In this document: piece after piece, positions 52,709 to 63,447 of the stretch
Layout of the letters: each line of letters starts with the position of its first letter
How positions within the stretch are numbered: the first letter of the stretch is position 1
DNA from: an uncultured Verrucomicrobiae bacterium
GTDB lineage: Bacteria; Verrucomicrobiota; Verrucomicrobiia; Chthoniobacterales; Chthoniobacteraceae
Direction of reading: 5' to 3'
DNA: 64,000 nucleotides
Assembly: GCA_963828525.1 (NCBI GenBank)
Contig: CAWHEP010000001.1
Span: 1 to 64,000, forward strand
Translations under genes and position numbers: made by a program
The notes under the pieces: model-generated
What the model saw: only the letters and a program-made list of their open reading frames with translations
Database searches by the model: none
What the model was told of the DNA's origin: nothing

Positions 52709-52741
52709 GTGTATATTTACGTTTTCTTGTTTGGGTTGAGA

Positions 52742-53419
52742 TCAGGTTTTAGTGAGTTCCACAGAGGTTGCCCGCGAGAGATCACAGGCGTTCGCTTCGT
52801 CCGTATCCATATGGACTTCGAGACGGAAGGAAGGGTCAACGCGAGCAATCAGATCATCGAATCGGGTCGAGCATCCAGCGGCAATGACCTTAAGGGTGAT
52901 GCGGTCCAGGTGCTTCACTCCGTAGAAGGCGGCGTCAGCGGGAGACATGTGGACATGGCGGGCCGCCCTGATGATGCCATTGCGCATCTCGAGCATCCCG
53001 GCTGGCCCCATGACGTACCCGCCAGGGGTGCCTTCAATATCTCCGGAAAGCCGAACGGGAACGTCAATACCGAGTTGAATGGCGTCCGTGAAGGCAAGTT
53101 CGATCTGGGTGAGGGGACGGCAGGGGCCGAGGATGCGCAGGTTGGGGATAATTCGACGGCGCGGGCCCACCAGTGTCACAGTCTGCTCGGAGGCGAACTG
53201 CCCTTCCTGGTAGAGCCACTTATGGACGGTGAGCTTCGAACCGGGCCCGAAAAGGATTTCAACATTTTCGGGGGATAGGTGCATGTGGCGGGCGGAACTG
53301 TTGGCAACAAGAACCGGGGCGATCTGCGCTGTTCCAGACTGTCCCAACTGACGCAACAGGGTTTCTCGAACGAGAGACTCGACAGTTGATCTGGAGGGGA
53401 CTGGGAAATTACTGCTCAC
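52742..53419 (-). CDS. pduL: Phosphate propanoyltransferase (phosphotransacylase)
   Basis: SARHMHLS, ILGPCR, RLSGD, RHVHM and HMDTDEANA; N-terminal encapsulation helix. Confidence 0.93.
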   Translation of the reverse strand: MSSNFPVPSRSTVESLVRETLLRQLGQSGTAQIAPVLVANSSARHMHLSPENVEILFGPGSKLTVHKWLYQEGQFASEQTVTLVGPRRRIIPNLRILGPCRPLTQIELAFTDAIQLGIDVPVRLSGDIEGTPGGYVMGPAGMLEMRNGIIRAARHVHMSPADAAFYGVKHLDRITLKVIAAGCSTRFDDLIARVDPSFRLEVHMDTDEANACDLSRATSVELTKT

Positions 53420-53434
53420 GGGCGGGGGAGTCTT

Positions 53435-53454
53435 TATGACTGATGTCGATCATA
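53435..53454. promoter_or_regulatory. Candidate operator of the BMC operon
   Basis: Palindrome TATGACTG-ATGT-CGATCATA just upstream of pduL, in an AT-rich promoter region. Confidence 0.6.
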
Positions 53455-53585
53455 TAATTTTCGAGTCTGCTGTCAAATGTATTTTTACAAGGGGGCGTTT
53501 TTTAAGGGTTGAGCAGATAAATCGGAAGCGGCAGGAACGACTCGAAGATGACAGGGTTGGCAGGCGGATGTATGATGGCGCCGAG

Positions 53586-54105
53586 ATGAAAAGAAAAACG
53601 CTGTTAGTTTTGATTGGTTTTGCAGGTGTCGCCGCGTTTGTGGGTTTGAGCGTCGCGCGAGCGCTTGAAGTCGGGGATGCTGCTCCAATGCTGAATGGTA
53701 CAGGATCAGGATGGGAAGGAACTCTCGTTCTCCGAGACTTACAAAAAGGGAGTTACGCTGGTGTATTTCTATCCAAAAGCCGATACGCCCGGTTGCACCG
53801 CGGAGGCGTGCAGTTTGCGCGATGATTACGAAATTTTGCGCGCCAAAGGGGTGAACGTCATAGGGGTCAGCGAGGATAAGGTGGCGTCACAGAAAAAGTT
53901 CGAGGAGAAGTACAAGCTGCCATTTCCGCTTGTGGCCGATGCGGATGGAGCTGTGGCAAAAGCGTTCGGTGTGCCCGCTTTGCTGGGGTTTGCCAAACGG
54001 CAGTCCTTTCTAATCAAGGATGGCAAGATCGCGTGGCGGGATTTAAATGCGTCCACGAAGAAGCAAGCGGCAGACGTTTTGAAGGCGTTCGATGGCTTGA
54101 AATGA
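53586..54105 (+). CDS. bcp: Peroxiredoxin (BCP/PrxQ) with signal peptide; frameshift near 53695
   Basis: YFYPKADTPGCTAEAC. The N-terminus MKRKTLLVLIGF...LEVGDAAP is in another frame. Confidence 0.88.
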
Positions 54106-54133
54106 GGGGAGTTCAGGGGGTTGGGTAGCAAGA

Positions 54134-56383
54134 TCAGCGCGGGTGGTCGGAAAGGTTGCGCATATACTGCTCGACCATCTGGCCATACTCCTCAGGATAC
54201 TTTTCGGCCCGGGACTGCTGGATAACCTCGCGGTCACGCTCGGGTAGTCCGAGGTACTGCCCCGTGGGCGGGCCTTCGGGACGGTTCCCTCTCTGAAGCG
54301 CCCCGCCTTGATGGTCAGAGGCGGCGCCCGAGGAGGAAGAAGATGCCACGGTCGCGGGCTGCGAGCGCGCTGGCTGAGAAGCGCCTTCCTGGGCGGGGGC
54401 GGGAGCCCCGGTCGAGGGAGCGGCGCCTGCCTTGGAAGTCCGCGCGGCGGATGGTTGGATGCCCGCCTGGGCTTGTCCGAGCAAGGCCTGCGCGCGGGAA
54501 ATTGCCCTGCTCGCCTCAGTCGCATTTGCCATCCCGGAAGGCGAGGAATCGGTTGCCTGGTTTGCAGCGGAGGCAAGGGCCCTCCGCGCTTCACCCAGCA
54601 AACCCTGAACGTTAGCGGAGGGAGAACTGGCCTGCGCGGCTTGGACATCCGCTGCTGCATTGCTTAATTGTCTAGCGGCTGAAGAAGAATCCTTGGAGCC
54701 TCCCTTCATAGAGTTCGCGGCATTCGCGATGCGAGCCTGCGCGCGTTCCAAGGCATGAGCGGCTTCGGACAAATCAGAGGCCGGACCGTCAGTAGCCAGA
54801 CCGAGCGCCTTTTTGGCGTCCGCGGTATTCTGGGCGAGGGATTGTTCGGCTTTGTGCAGATCCTCAACGGCGCTCTGCTCCTTTCCATCCGCTGCGTCCG
54901 GTTTTGCTACTGCCAGCGCGTGGGAAGCGGCTCGCATGTCTCTGACAGCTTGAGCTACGGCCAGGACAGTGGCGGGCGCAGGCTGGTTGGTTCGCGCGAA
55001 CGCGCCCGCTTCCTTTATGATCTGCTGCTGCTCGGAGAGGAGCGTTCTGAGAGCGGAGGCCGAAGGGGACGCGCCTGCTTGAAGCGTTTGATTCTCAACG
55101 TTCTGTTCGGCATCCGCGAGTGCCGAAATCGCCGCTGCTATGCGGGGCGCGGCATCCAGGGCCTTCGCTGCCCGAGTCGCGGCGGCCAGTTCTTCCGCGA
55201 TAAGGTGGTTTGCGGCAGCCACATCATCGGCAGCGCCTTTCGCGAGTAAGGCGCGGGATTCGGGCACAAGCTGTGTTTCAGCTTCCTTCATTTTAGTGGC
55301 GGCTTCGCCGAGGGCTTTCGCGGCCTGCGGAACGACAGCGGCGGCGCGTTGCGAGAGCTCTTCCGCGCGCTTCCTCGCGGCTTCCTGTTCCCGCGCGGTC
55401 GAAGCCGGGTCGCCCGGAGTTTGCGTTGTGAGGGGGGCTTGTTGCGCGGCGAGAGCCTCTCCCTGCCGCTGCAAGTCGCGGAGTGTCGCGAGTCGATCTG
55501 CGGGGGCAGCCTCCATAGCCTGCGCGGCTGGTCTGACGGATGCCTCCGCTTTGGCGAGGTCACGCTGGAGGGCTGCTTGGGCGGCCTCCATTTGCGCGAG
55601 CGCGCCGGTTTCGGCAGCCATCGCCTTGGGGACATCCAGAATGGCATCTGGATTCAAGGCGCTTTGTTCCACCTGAATTCCCGGGGCAGCTGCTTTCAAT
55701 GCTTCGGAGGCCTCCGTGCCAGCGAGATCGCCGGCGAGTTGTTTGTTCCGTTCCGCTGTGTCCAGGACCTGCTTCCTGATCCCAGAGGCGGCCGCATTCC
55801 GACGCGAGTTCGCTTGCGGAGGCTGGGAGGTGACGCTCACCGGGGGTAGAGCGCTGGTATCAGCGATAATGGCTTTCTGCGCGTTTACCAAATCTTCCAC
55901 TTTCTGTTCGGCGCTTCTCATCTCCGCGACACGGTCAGCGGGTACGAGGTCAGATTGAAGCCGCGCGTGGTCGAACCGGGTGAGTATTTGTCGCATTGTT
56001 CCAACAATCGCCTTCTGATCAGACCATGCGGCAGCGAGAGCTTGCCGGGAGGCGGAGGGATCAGGCAATTCACGGCTCTTCTGAAGCAGATCAACGACTT
56101 CCCTCATCTCCTTTTCAGTCAGGTTAGCCATAAGGGAATGGAGATCCTTTACCATGCCGGCGTCGGCGCCGTTCAGCAGGCCGTTACGACTGTACTCTTC
56201 CACCATTGCGTCCCACTGCGAAGCGAGTTCGGCTGCCTGGCCGCGAATCAGGCGCTGCCGGACCTCGCCCTGTCTTAGGCTCTCCTGGCGATCCGCGTTT
56301 TTAACTGGATCGGCAATCGTGTGGCTTGCGGTAAAAAGGGAGCCGGCTGCCAGGAGCACCCTTAACATAGGAGACAGGGTCAT
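54134..56383 (-). CDS. Ala/Gln-rich coiled-coil protein (DUF4175-like C-terminal partner)
   Basis: Signal peptide, long helical repeats and terminal KYPEEYGQMVEQYMRNL. Confidence 0.7.
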   Translation of the reverse strand: MTLSPMLRVLLAAGSLFTASHTIADPVKNADRQESLRQGEVRQRLIRGQAAELASQWDAMVEEYSRNGLLNGADAGMVKDLHSLMANLTEKEMREVVDLLQKSRELPDPSASRQALAAAWSDQKAIVGTMRQILTRFDHARLQSDLVPADRVAEMRSAEQKVEDLVNAQKAIIADTSALPPVSVTSQPPQANSRRNAAASGIRKQVLDTAERNKQLAGDLAGTEASEALKAAAPGIQVEQSALNPDAILDVPKAMAAETGALAQMEAAQAALQRDLAKAEASVRPAAQAMEAAPADRLATLRDLQRQGEALAAQQAPLTTQTPGDPASTAREQEAARKRAEELSQRAAAVVPQAAKALGEAATKMKEAETQLVPESRALLAKGAADDVAAANHLIAEELAAATRAAKALDAAPRIAAAISALADAEQNVENQTLQAGASPSASALRTLLSEQQQIIKEAGAFARTNQPAPATVLAVAQAVRDMRAASHALAVAKPDAADGKEQSAVEDLHKAEQSLAQNTADAKKALGLATDGPASDLSEAAHALERAQARIANAANSMKGGSKDSSSAARQLSNAAADVQAAQASSPSANVQGLLGEARRALASAANQATDSSPSGMANATEASRAISRAQALLGQAQAGIQPSAARTSKAGAAPSTGAPAPAQEGASQPARSQPATVASSSSSGAASDHQGGALQRGNRPEGPPTGQYLGLPERDREVIQQSRAEKYPEEYGQMVEQYMRNLSDHPR

Positions 56384-58059
56384 GGCTTCCCGATCAAAAC
56401 GCCGATCTCTTTGTTCAATTTCTCCTGCATGCCCGCCGCTTCCTCCAGTTGACGGAATGACTGGCTCAAGCGCCCGGCGAGCTCCGCCTTTTTATCTTCG
56501 CCACTCACAATGCTTGCCCTGTAATGAGGAGTCGCGCTCACACCCGGGCCGGTGACATCGTTCCCGTCGAAGACTTCAATCCAGTATTCAAGGACAGCGC
56601 CTATTTGCGGTGGCGGCTGCAAGGATTGAATTTTCCAGTCGAAACTAGTCGAGAATTTTCTCGGGTTCTGCCCCGTAATGTCGAGGTAAACAGTTCTTCC
56701 TGTGGGAGAATCGACGCGGGAGTCTTCCTCGGGTTTGATGGCATAGCGCAGGGCCACTTTGTCGACTCCGAAATCGTCGGACGCTTCAAAAGCCACGCGA
56801 AGAGTTGCCTGAGGCGTGGCCAGCTCTTCGGGATTTTCTGGAGAGATCATTTTCACGACGGGCGGCATGTCCCGTACGATATCAAACCGATGAACAGCGG
56901 CATTCCGGGAGACTATGCCATGGAGATCCGTAAGACGAACGGAGAATCCGCGCGCATCTTGAGCAATGGGGATCGAGCCTGAAAGTCGGGTGGAGTTGTC
57001 CCGATCCACAGTCAAAGGAATATCGCTTCCCGCTCCTTCCATGTGAATGGAGCCAGCGCGAATAGGGCTGCCTGCCGTCACCCTCAACCCAAGATGACTG
57101 CCGGCAAGCAAAGTTAGATTCGTTAACGAAACAGGGACAGGAGCGAGGTGGGTGTAAGGAGGGTAAATCTCCTGACATTCGAGACCACTCACGATCGGCT
57201 GAGGAAGGACAGTGACGTGGATGGGAGAGGTGGCCGCGTCATTCACGTGAAGCGTATAGGAGAAGGACTCCTGGACATTCTCGATGATGTGGTGAAAACG
57301 CGCCGCATGCGAGGGTTCGGCATCCATCGGGAACTGAGAAGCGCGGCCTGAGTCGGAGATAACGTTTACGATGCCCGAATGAGGTATAACTCCCAAGACT
57401 GTCGCCTGGAGCGGCAAGTCATCGCCTGCTCCTAGAAACGCCGTCTTTGTGAAAGAAGTAAACCGGGTGGCGCGCGGCACGGGAACATTCATAAGAAAAG
57501 CGCGTTGCAGGAGAGCAAGGTTGCGTTCGAAGCTGGTGAGGAAGAAAACAGCGCAGAGGGCCAGCGCTCCTGCAAAGCAGGAAAGCATCCGCCGTGCGTC
57601 GCGCCCGTCCACGACGGTGGTGAAATCCAGCCGTGAGCTGAGAGCCGACGTTTCAGCGACCAACGCCTGGAACAAACCTGGGGCGTTGCGCGTGTCCCTG
57701 GAGCGGGCCAACTGGATGGCAGCGATGAAGCGCCCTTCAAAGCTGGGCAGAGCCCGTTCCACTCGCAGAGCTATCGCATCCTCCGTGAGGCGCGACTTGT
57801 CGGGACGAAAATACCATGCGGCGCCGGAGCAACTAACCGCAGCCAGAAGGAGAATGCCAAGACGCGAAAACCGCGAAAGGTCCCAAGCCAGGTCGCACGC
57901 CATGCCGATGCTCAACAACAGCAAGGCGTTGACCGAGACCGACATGAAGATCGTCACTGCGGAAAGCAGCAAGATTTTGCGTTTGATGGAACGAAGCCGG
58001 GTGTGGAGCGGCCCAGCGTCTGGCGGGTGGCTTGTGACCGTTTGTTCCTCGGCATTCAT
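56380..58059 (-). CDS. Membrane protein with Ig-like domains (DUF4175-like)
   Basis: Three TM helices and the motifs D.PP.V, ASDDFGV and YWIEVFD. ATGA overlap with the upstream gene. Confidence 0.72.
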   Translation of the reverse strand: MNAEEQTVTSHPPDAGPLHTRLRSIKRKILLLSAVTIFMSVSVNALLLLSIGMACDLAWDLSRFSRLGILLLAAVSCSGAAWYFRPDKSRLTEDAIALRVERALPSFEGRFIAAIQLARSRDTRNAPGLFQALVAETSALSSRLDFTTVVDGRDARRMLSCFAGALALCAVFFLTSFERNLALLQRAFLMNVPVPRATRFTSFTKTAFLGAGDDLPLQATVLGVIPHSGIVNVISDSGRASQFPMDAEPSHAARFHHIIENVQESFSYTLHVNDAATSPIHVTVLPQPIVSGLECQEIYPPYTHLAPVPVSLTNLTLLAGSHLGLRVTAGSPIRAGSIHMEGAGSDIPLTVDRDNSTRLSGSIPIAQDARGFSVRLTDLHGIVSRNAAVHRFDIVRDMPPVVKMISPENPEELATPQATLRVAFEASDDFGVDKVALRYAIKPEEDSRVDSPTGRTVYLDITGQNPRKFSTSFDWKIQSLQPPPQIGAVLEYWIEVFDGNDVTGPGVSATPHYRASIVSGEDKKAELAGRLSQSFRQLEEAAGMQEKLNKEIGVLIGKP

Positions 58060-60413
58060 TTCAGGTGCCACCGTTTCCGCAGGATCCACTCCGAGGAAAC
58101 CGTCAGGAGCAGCACGATGAAGTAGAAGGGGGTGGACCACAACTCGGTGTCTTCGCTGAAGCGGACGCCTCCTGCTTTCGAGTGAATACTCCCAAGAAGT
58201 TTCGGCAAGTCTTCCTCCCGGAAAAAGGCTCCCCCGCTAGCTTGGGCCATCGATCTCAACAATGGCTCGTTCATGGTGGTATCATCCAGTTCGACGCGAG
58301 GCGGGGTGACCGAAAAACCGACGCTCGTTGCTGGATCGTCCTTGATCGACAGGCGGTAGGAGCCGGGCGTCTCGGCGTCCAAGTCGCCTCTGAACATGCC
58401 GGGCTGTTCTGGAACGGGCCGCAACTGGACGCGTAAGGCGTGGCCTGCGTGCTCCACTGCGGAGGCGATAGTAAAGCTGCCGTCCACGGAAGGTTTTTCG
58501 ATCGGTTTGAAATGCTCGTCGAATAGCCGCGCGTAAACTGTCACATGCTCCCCCACAAGGTAGTTTTGCTTATCCACGGAGAGTTGCGTCCGCTTCGCGC
58601 CGCCGAGAAGATGGGCGAGAGCCATTCGTTGAGCCACCTGTCCCCAGAAGCGCGTGTAGAGGGACTCGCCCGCGTTTTTACGCCAACGCCAAGTGTCATC
58701 CGTGCCGACGTAGAGCACCTGACCGAGACCGTATTGCTGGATAACCAGCACGGGAGTGACGCCTTGCCGGAGGGAGAGGGTGGGGTCTACGCATTCCAGC
58801 AGGGTCTCGGCAGCGGGCTTTACGCGCCCTGCTGGAGCGATCCACTCCAATGGAGGAAGCTCTCCCCATCGGAGCGCGCTATCCTCTTCGCTGGACGAGA
58901 GGCGCAGCATCGCGTTTGTCCGTCCGAGGGATGTCAGCACTACCGGAAGGGAGCGGCTCTTCCCGCCGAATGGGGTCGCGCCGTCCAATGTGACGGGGAA
59001 GAGCTTCTCAAAAGGAGTGGCAGCGTAGCTCGATGGGTCGTAACGCTTTCCGGCGATAAACATGACGGAGCCGCCAAACCTTGAGACGAACTCCGCAAGC
59101 GTGTCCATCTGCGCTTGCGAGAAGGCTTTCGGATCGACGTCTCCTATGATGATAAGATCGTATCCCAAAAGAGCCTCCTTGGTGGACGGGATTGCGTCAA
59201 GGTAGGGAGAGTTCTCGACGTGAGCGATCTCTGGATCCCCTTCAAGCAACACGGATTTCAGATTCAACCGGCGATCCCGCAGAAGCACATTGCTCAGGAA
59301 TCGAAATTCCCACCGCGGCGCCTGTTCTACGAAGAGAACCTTGATTTTGCTATCGGTGACGCGAAGCCGCTCCGAGGCGAAATTGTTGTCGCGGGACGCT
59401 TCATCGTCGCGCGGCGGAATGGAGGCTTGCAGGGTGAACTCTCCCACGCTTTTGGGAGTGAAGCCGAGCGTGATGAGTTGATCGCCGCTCGTGAACTCGA
59501 TCTCTTTTTCTGCCACGACCGAATCCCCGCATTTGAGCGCGAGAGTGCTTTTCTGCCCCGGGTATCCCAGCCCTTTCACGTGAACATTCACCTGCAACTC
59601 GTCGCCGACGAAGGCGAGGTCTGGGACAACCATGTTGCTGACAATGACATCGCGTGGCGAGGTGATACCCACCCCGTATATGTAGAGAGGAACGTCTTGC
59701 GCGGCTGCGGCGCGCGCCGCTTCCATCGGGTCACTCCCGAAATTATTTCCCCCATCCGTCACTAAGAACACGCCGGCGAGCGGCTCCGCGCGTTTTTGAC
59801 CGAGCACATCAAGCAGGGAGTCTCCGATCGCAGTTTGAAGGCCGGAAGCGGACAGGCTATCAGGCCATAGGTGTTCAGGGTTAAGTCCAGCGGAGGCGGG
59901 GTCGAAACGCGCGGCGGACTTGTCGAAACCGAAACCAGCCAGATCGAACTCGCGCCGCAGACTGGCAAGAAGGTGAAGCGCCGGGGCTTTAAGAACAACC
60001 CGGGCCAGATCGACACGCGCGATGTTCGCGGCGTCCGCTGGAGCGGCATAGAGGGCCGAGCGCTTGAGATCGGTTCCGGCGCGAATATCGCGGATCGCCA
60101 TGCTCGCGCTCGCATCGAACAGCCCCGCGAACATGCGCCGCGTGTTTGCCTCCATGGTCAGGGTCAAAACAGGTCTGAGAAGGATGGCGAGCAGCAACCA
60201 GAGGAACGCGACGCGGAGCGTGATTAGCGCGCGCCGCTGGCTTGCGCTGAGAAGTTCGGCGCTATGGCGGTATGTCCACCACGTGAAGCCGAGAAGCGAG
60301 GCAGCGGCAAGAATGAGCCAGCCAAACGCGCCGGCGTTGCGCCAGTGTAGTTCAGCGGAGACCACCTCTTTGCCGACGCGCGTCCCAAATAGTGAGAAAA
60401 GAAACTGCCTCAT
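58056..60413 (-). CDS. VWA + glutamine-amidotransferase-like membrane protein
   Basis: DASASM, LVTDG, PRWEFRFL, TWRWR and terminal EWILRKRW. Confidence 0.85.
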   Translation of the reverse strand: MRQFLFSLFGTRVGKEVVSAELHWRNAGAFGWLILAAASLLGFTWWTYRHSAELLSASQRRALITLRVAFLWLLLAILLRPVLTLTMEANTRRMFAGLFDASASMAIRDIRAGTDLKRSALYAAPADAANIARVDLARVVLKAPALHLLASLRREFDLAGFGFDKSAARFDPASAGLNPEHLWPDSLSASGLQTAIGDSLLDVLGQKRAEPLAGVFLVTDGGNNFGSDPMEAARAAAAQDVPLYIYGVGITSPRDVIVSNMVVPDLAFVGDELQVNVHVKGLGYPGQKSTLALKCGDSVVAEKEIEFTSGDQLITLGFTPKSVGEFTLQASIPPRDDEASRDNNFASERLRVTDSKIKVLFVEQAPRWEFRFLSNVLLRDRRLNLKSVLLEGDPEIAHVENSPYLDAIPSTKEALLGYDLIIIGDVDPKAFSQAQMDTLAEFVSRFGGSVMFIAGKRYDPSSYAATPFEKLFPVTLDGATPFGGKSRSLPVVLTSLGRTNAMLRLSSSEEDSALRWGELPPLEWIAPAGRVKPAAETLLECVDPTLSLRQGVTPVLVIQQYGLGQVLYVGTDDTWRWRKNAGESLYTRFWGQVAQRMALAHLLGGAKRTQLSVDKQNYLVGEHVTVYARLFDEHFKPIEKPSVDGSFTIASAVEHAGHALRVQLRPVPEQPGMFRGDLDAETPGSYRLSIKDDPATSVGFSVTPPRVELDDTTMNEPLLRSMAQASGGAFFREEDLPKLLGSIHSKAGGVRFSEDTELWSTPFYFIVLLLTVSSEWILRKRWHLK

Positions 60414-62533
60414 TTCGAACGGCTGCTCCTCGCCGCCACGAATGATTCGATACAGGCGACCGCCACTGCCAGAGATACAACGATGGCCCAGAACTCTCTC
60501 CCGCCTCGCTGAATGGTATCCCTAAGGAGGTCGCCATGGCCCGCGCGAACAACACGCGCTTCCGGGGCCAGTGTCGCCAGTCTGGCTTCTTCTTCAAGCC
60601 GGGATTCCTCCGGGTTTGCCTGGGTGGCAAAGCGAATCGGCGGCTCTCCCCGAATCAAGGCTTCATACGCGCCCGCCCGATCCGTGTCATCAAACTGCAG
60701 GAGGGGCGCGCCATTTTTCTCGCGTACCTTCCCGCGAAGGTGGCGAGGCGCCGGGCTCCCGGGGGCGAGAAAGTCAACGTCTTTACCAAGGTCCGCCGAG
60801 TCGCAGGGGAAAACGAAGTGCCCGCCAACCGGAATATTCAGAGAGGAACTCTGGCCAGCGAGGACGGCGCCAAGCATTCTCTGGATGAGCGGGACAAAAA
60901 CAGGACGCACGGGCAGATCGTTCCACTCCGTGTCGGCGGTGCTGCTAAACTCGATGATGCGGCCCCTGCCAAAGGCGCCTTCGACGACTGCGGGAGAGCC
61001 GTCGGAATAAGAGATGATGACCGATGGGGCTGCGCCACCCTGGGTGGCGGATGGCAGCAGGGCGAGCGCGCGACGAAAACGCGCGGTGGAGAGCGCGCCG
61101 GCGGCGGGATCGCGCCAGATGGAGACGATGGGATGCGCGTAGTCTCCCGCCTTCAACGTAAAGAAATCCTGACCCACCGCGCTTCTCAGTGGGCCGAAAC
61201 GCGCGGGAAGAAAATCGAGGCGGCTGTTGTAGTAACCAGTGTCCGTGAGATCACCTGGGAATAAGAACAGACCGCCTCCCTGCTCGACAAAATGGCGAAC
61301 CGACGCGCGGGCGTTCTCTGAAAGGCTGTCAACGTTTGCGAGCGCAACCACAGCGAATGAATTGAGATCAACGGACTCCAGATCGATCGGAGCGATGGTG
61401 CGCGTCTTGATGAAAAACCTGTCCAGGTCCGCCTCAGGTACCGGCGTCAACGCGTTCCGAAGGAAGAGCGTGCCGGACGCCGCGCCTGGTTCAGGTGGTT
61501 TGCCGTCGACCAGAAGAACATTAGCCTTATCGATGACGCGCAGGGCAATCGTGCGCTGGTCGTCTGCGGGAACGCGGTCGCGCGGGAGTCGGGCAGTCAC
61601 CGTGTGAAATCCTGGATCGTGAAACTTCGCGAAGAGTGTCAGGATTTTGGATGCCCCAGAAGGGATCGAGTCAAAAACTCCATCGTCGTCTGCGGCGCCT
61701 CCATCCGCGGCCAGGCTGACAGGAATGTTGCGCGCCTCCTCAGTGCCATAGTTCGTGACCTGGATGTCGAACCGAAGTGTTGCATCGACAGCAGCGAGCG
61801 CGCTCGCAATCTTGAGATCGCTGACGCCGAGATTGCGCGTCTCTTTTCCGCCGACTAGAACAATCGCCGTCTGCGCGTCGCTATTCGGCGCCTTCAGCAT
61901 CGCGCGGATTTCCGCCATATGCGACCAGCCCGCCGCCTGGCCATCAGTGATCAAGTAGATGGTTTTTCCCGCCCCTGCATGGTTGCGGAGCAGGTCCAGA
62001 GCTTCGGCAAAAAACGGCTGAAGGTCTGTGGACCGATCTGAAAGAGAGGCATTGCGAATCTTTGAACGGACAAGGTTTAAGTCTGTCGTGGGCTCGGGCG
62101 ATAGCGCCTGCGCTGCATCCGACACGAGAAAAAGGGAGGCGGCCGATTCTGGCGCGAGCAGGCTGGCGATCTCGTCGGCCGCCACGCGCGCCTGATCAAA
62201 CCGGGAAGAGACGCCATCGGTCTGGCTCATGCTCGCGGAGTTGTCTATCGCGATCACGGCGACTTCTCTGCCGCGACCGAGGATGGCGCTTCCCGCATTG
62301 AGAGCTGGGCGCGCGAGGGCTAAAGCGAGGAGGATCAACAAAGCGCATCGCAGCGAAAGCAGCAGCAAATCTTCCACGCGCAACTGGCGCCGGTTGCGTT
62401 CGATGCTGATGGCGAGGAACCGCATTGCGGCCCACCGGACGCGTTTCACCCTCCGCCGCATCAGCAGATGGATGAGGATGGGGATGGAAACCGATCCGAC
62501 CCCTCCCAGAAGAACGGTATTTAGAAACGTCAT
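60410..62533 (-). CDS. BatA-domain/VWA protein
   Basis: IPILIHLL...WAAMRFL, DNSASM and ITDGQ. Confidence 0.9.
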   Translation of the reverse strand: MTFLNTVLLGGVGSVSIPILIHLLMRRRVKRVRWAAMRFLAISIERNRRQLRVEDLLLLSLRCALLILLALALARPALNAGSAILGRGREVAVIAIDNSASMSQTDGVSSRFDQARVAADEIASLLAPESAASLFLVSDAAQALSPEPTTDLNLVRSKIRNASLSDRSTDLQPFFAEALDLLRNHAGAGKTIYLITDGQAAGWSHMAEIRAMLKAPNSDAQTAIVLVGGKETRNLGVSDLKIASALAAVDATLRFDIQVTNYGTEEARNIPVSLAADGGAADDDGVFDSIPSGASKILTLFAKFHDPGFHTVTARLPRDRVPADDQRTIALRVIDKANVLLVDGKPPEPGAASGTLFLRNALTPVPEADLDRFFIKTRTIAPIDLESVDLNSFAVVALANVDSLSENARASVRHFVEQGGGLFLFPGDLTDTGYYNSRLDFLPARFGPLRSAVGQDFFTLKAGDYAHPIVSIWRDPAAGALSTARFRRALALLPSATQGGAAPSVIISYSDGSPAVVEGAFGRGRIIEFSSTADTEWNDLPVRPVFVPLIQRMLGAVLAGQSSSLNIPVGGHFVFPCDSADLGKDVDFLAPGSPAPRHLRGKVREKNGAPLLQFDDTDRAGAYEALIRGEPPIRFATQANPEESRLEEEARLATLAPEARVVRAGHGDLLRDTIQRGGREFWAIVVSLAVAVACIESFVAARSSRSK

Positions 62534-63436
62534 CTACCCGTATCGATGCCGCCGCGTGACGAGATAACCACTTAGCACTTCGGCCCACGGCTGCGATGTG
62601 TCCAGCCGGATATAATGGCAGCCCGCCTGGACGCAGCCTTCCTTCAAGCGTTCAAGAAACGAGCCGAGTTCAGCCAGGTAACTTTTGCGAATCTCCGCGG
62701 GTTTGGTGAGCATTCGCTCACCACCTTCAAGGGATTCAAATTCAACATTACCGTTGAACGGAAACGACAGTTCGTATGGGTCGAGCACCTGAAACAGAAT
62801 CACCTCGTTACCGGCGAAACGCAGATGGCGGATGCCCTCCAGAATGCGTTCTTCGTCGTCGAAGAAGTCACTGATGATGATGAAAATGCCCCGGCGGCGC
62901 GCTTTGTGAGCCATGTCACGGAGAACGTTCCCGATGCCCGTCCGGTCGACCGGTTCAAAGGCGGCCAAGGCGGCGACGGCGGCATGGATTGAGGAAAGAT
63001 TATCGGCGCGCGGCAGGTATTGGCGGATCGATGAATCGAAGATCGCGAGCGCCATGGCGTCGCGCTGCTGAAGGATGAGATAGGCGAGACATGCTGCCAT
63101 GACCCTTCCGAAGTGGAATTTCGTCACGGCGCCCGAACCGTACGCCATCGATTTGCTGCCATCGAGAAGGATGTGCGCGACAAAATTTGTCTCCTGCTCG
63201 TACTGCTTCACGACGTAACGGTCACTGCGTCCCAGCACTTTCCAGTCGAGGTGCCGGGGATCGTCGCCCGGAACATATTCGCGGTGTTGCGCGAACTCGA
63301 TGGCGAAGCCTCTGTATGGCGATTTGTGCTCGCCTGCCATGTATCCTTCAACGATGGAACGAGCCTGTAGGCCGAGATGTTCCGCCCGCTGGATGACCTC
63401 TGGGTCAAGGAGCTTGTTTGCCGCGGGGTTTGTCAC
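62534..63436 (-). CDS. DUF58 (VWA-like) protein
   Basis: EFAQHREYVPGDDPRHLDWK, DGSKSM and ISDF. Confidence 0.93.
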   Translation of the reverse strand: MTNPAANKLLDPEVIQRAEHLGLQARSIVEGYMAGEHKSPYRGFAIEFAQHREYVPGDDPRHLDWKVLGRSDRYVVKQYEQETNFVAHILLDGSKSMAYGSGAVTKFHFGRVMAACLAYLILQQRDAMALAIFDSSIRQYLPRADNLSSIHAAVAALAAFEPVDRTGIGNVLRDMAHKARRRGIFIIISDFFDDEERILEGIRHLRFAGNEVILFQVLDPYELSFPFNGNVEFESLEGGERMLTKPAEIRKSYLAELGSFLERLKEGCVQAGCHYIRLDTSQPWAEVLSGYLVTRRHRYG

Positions 63437-63447
63437 GGCCGCGCGGG

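Noticed and set aside
46267..53419. BMC operon as a novel system
   Set aside because: Gene content (PduL, BMC-H x3, acetate kinase, BMC-P x3, aldehyde dehydrogenase, class II aldolase, lactate dehydrogenase-like) matches the described Planctomycetes/Verrucomicrobia fucose/rhamnose microcompartment.
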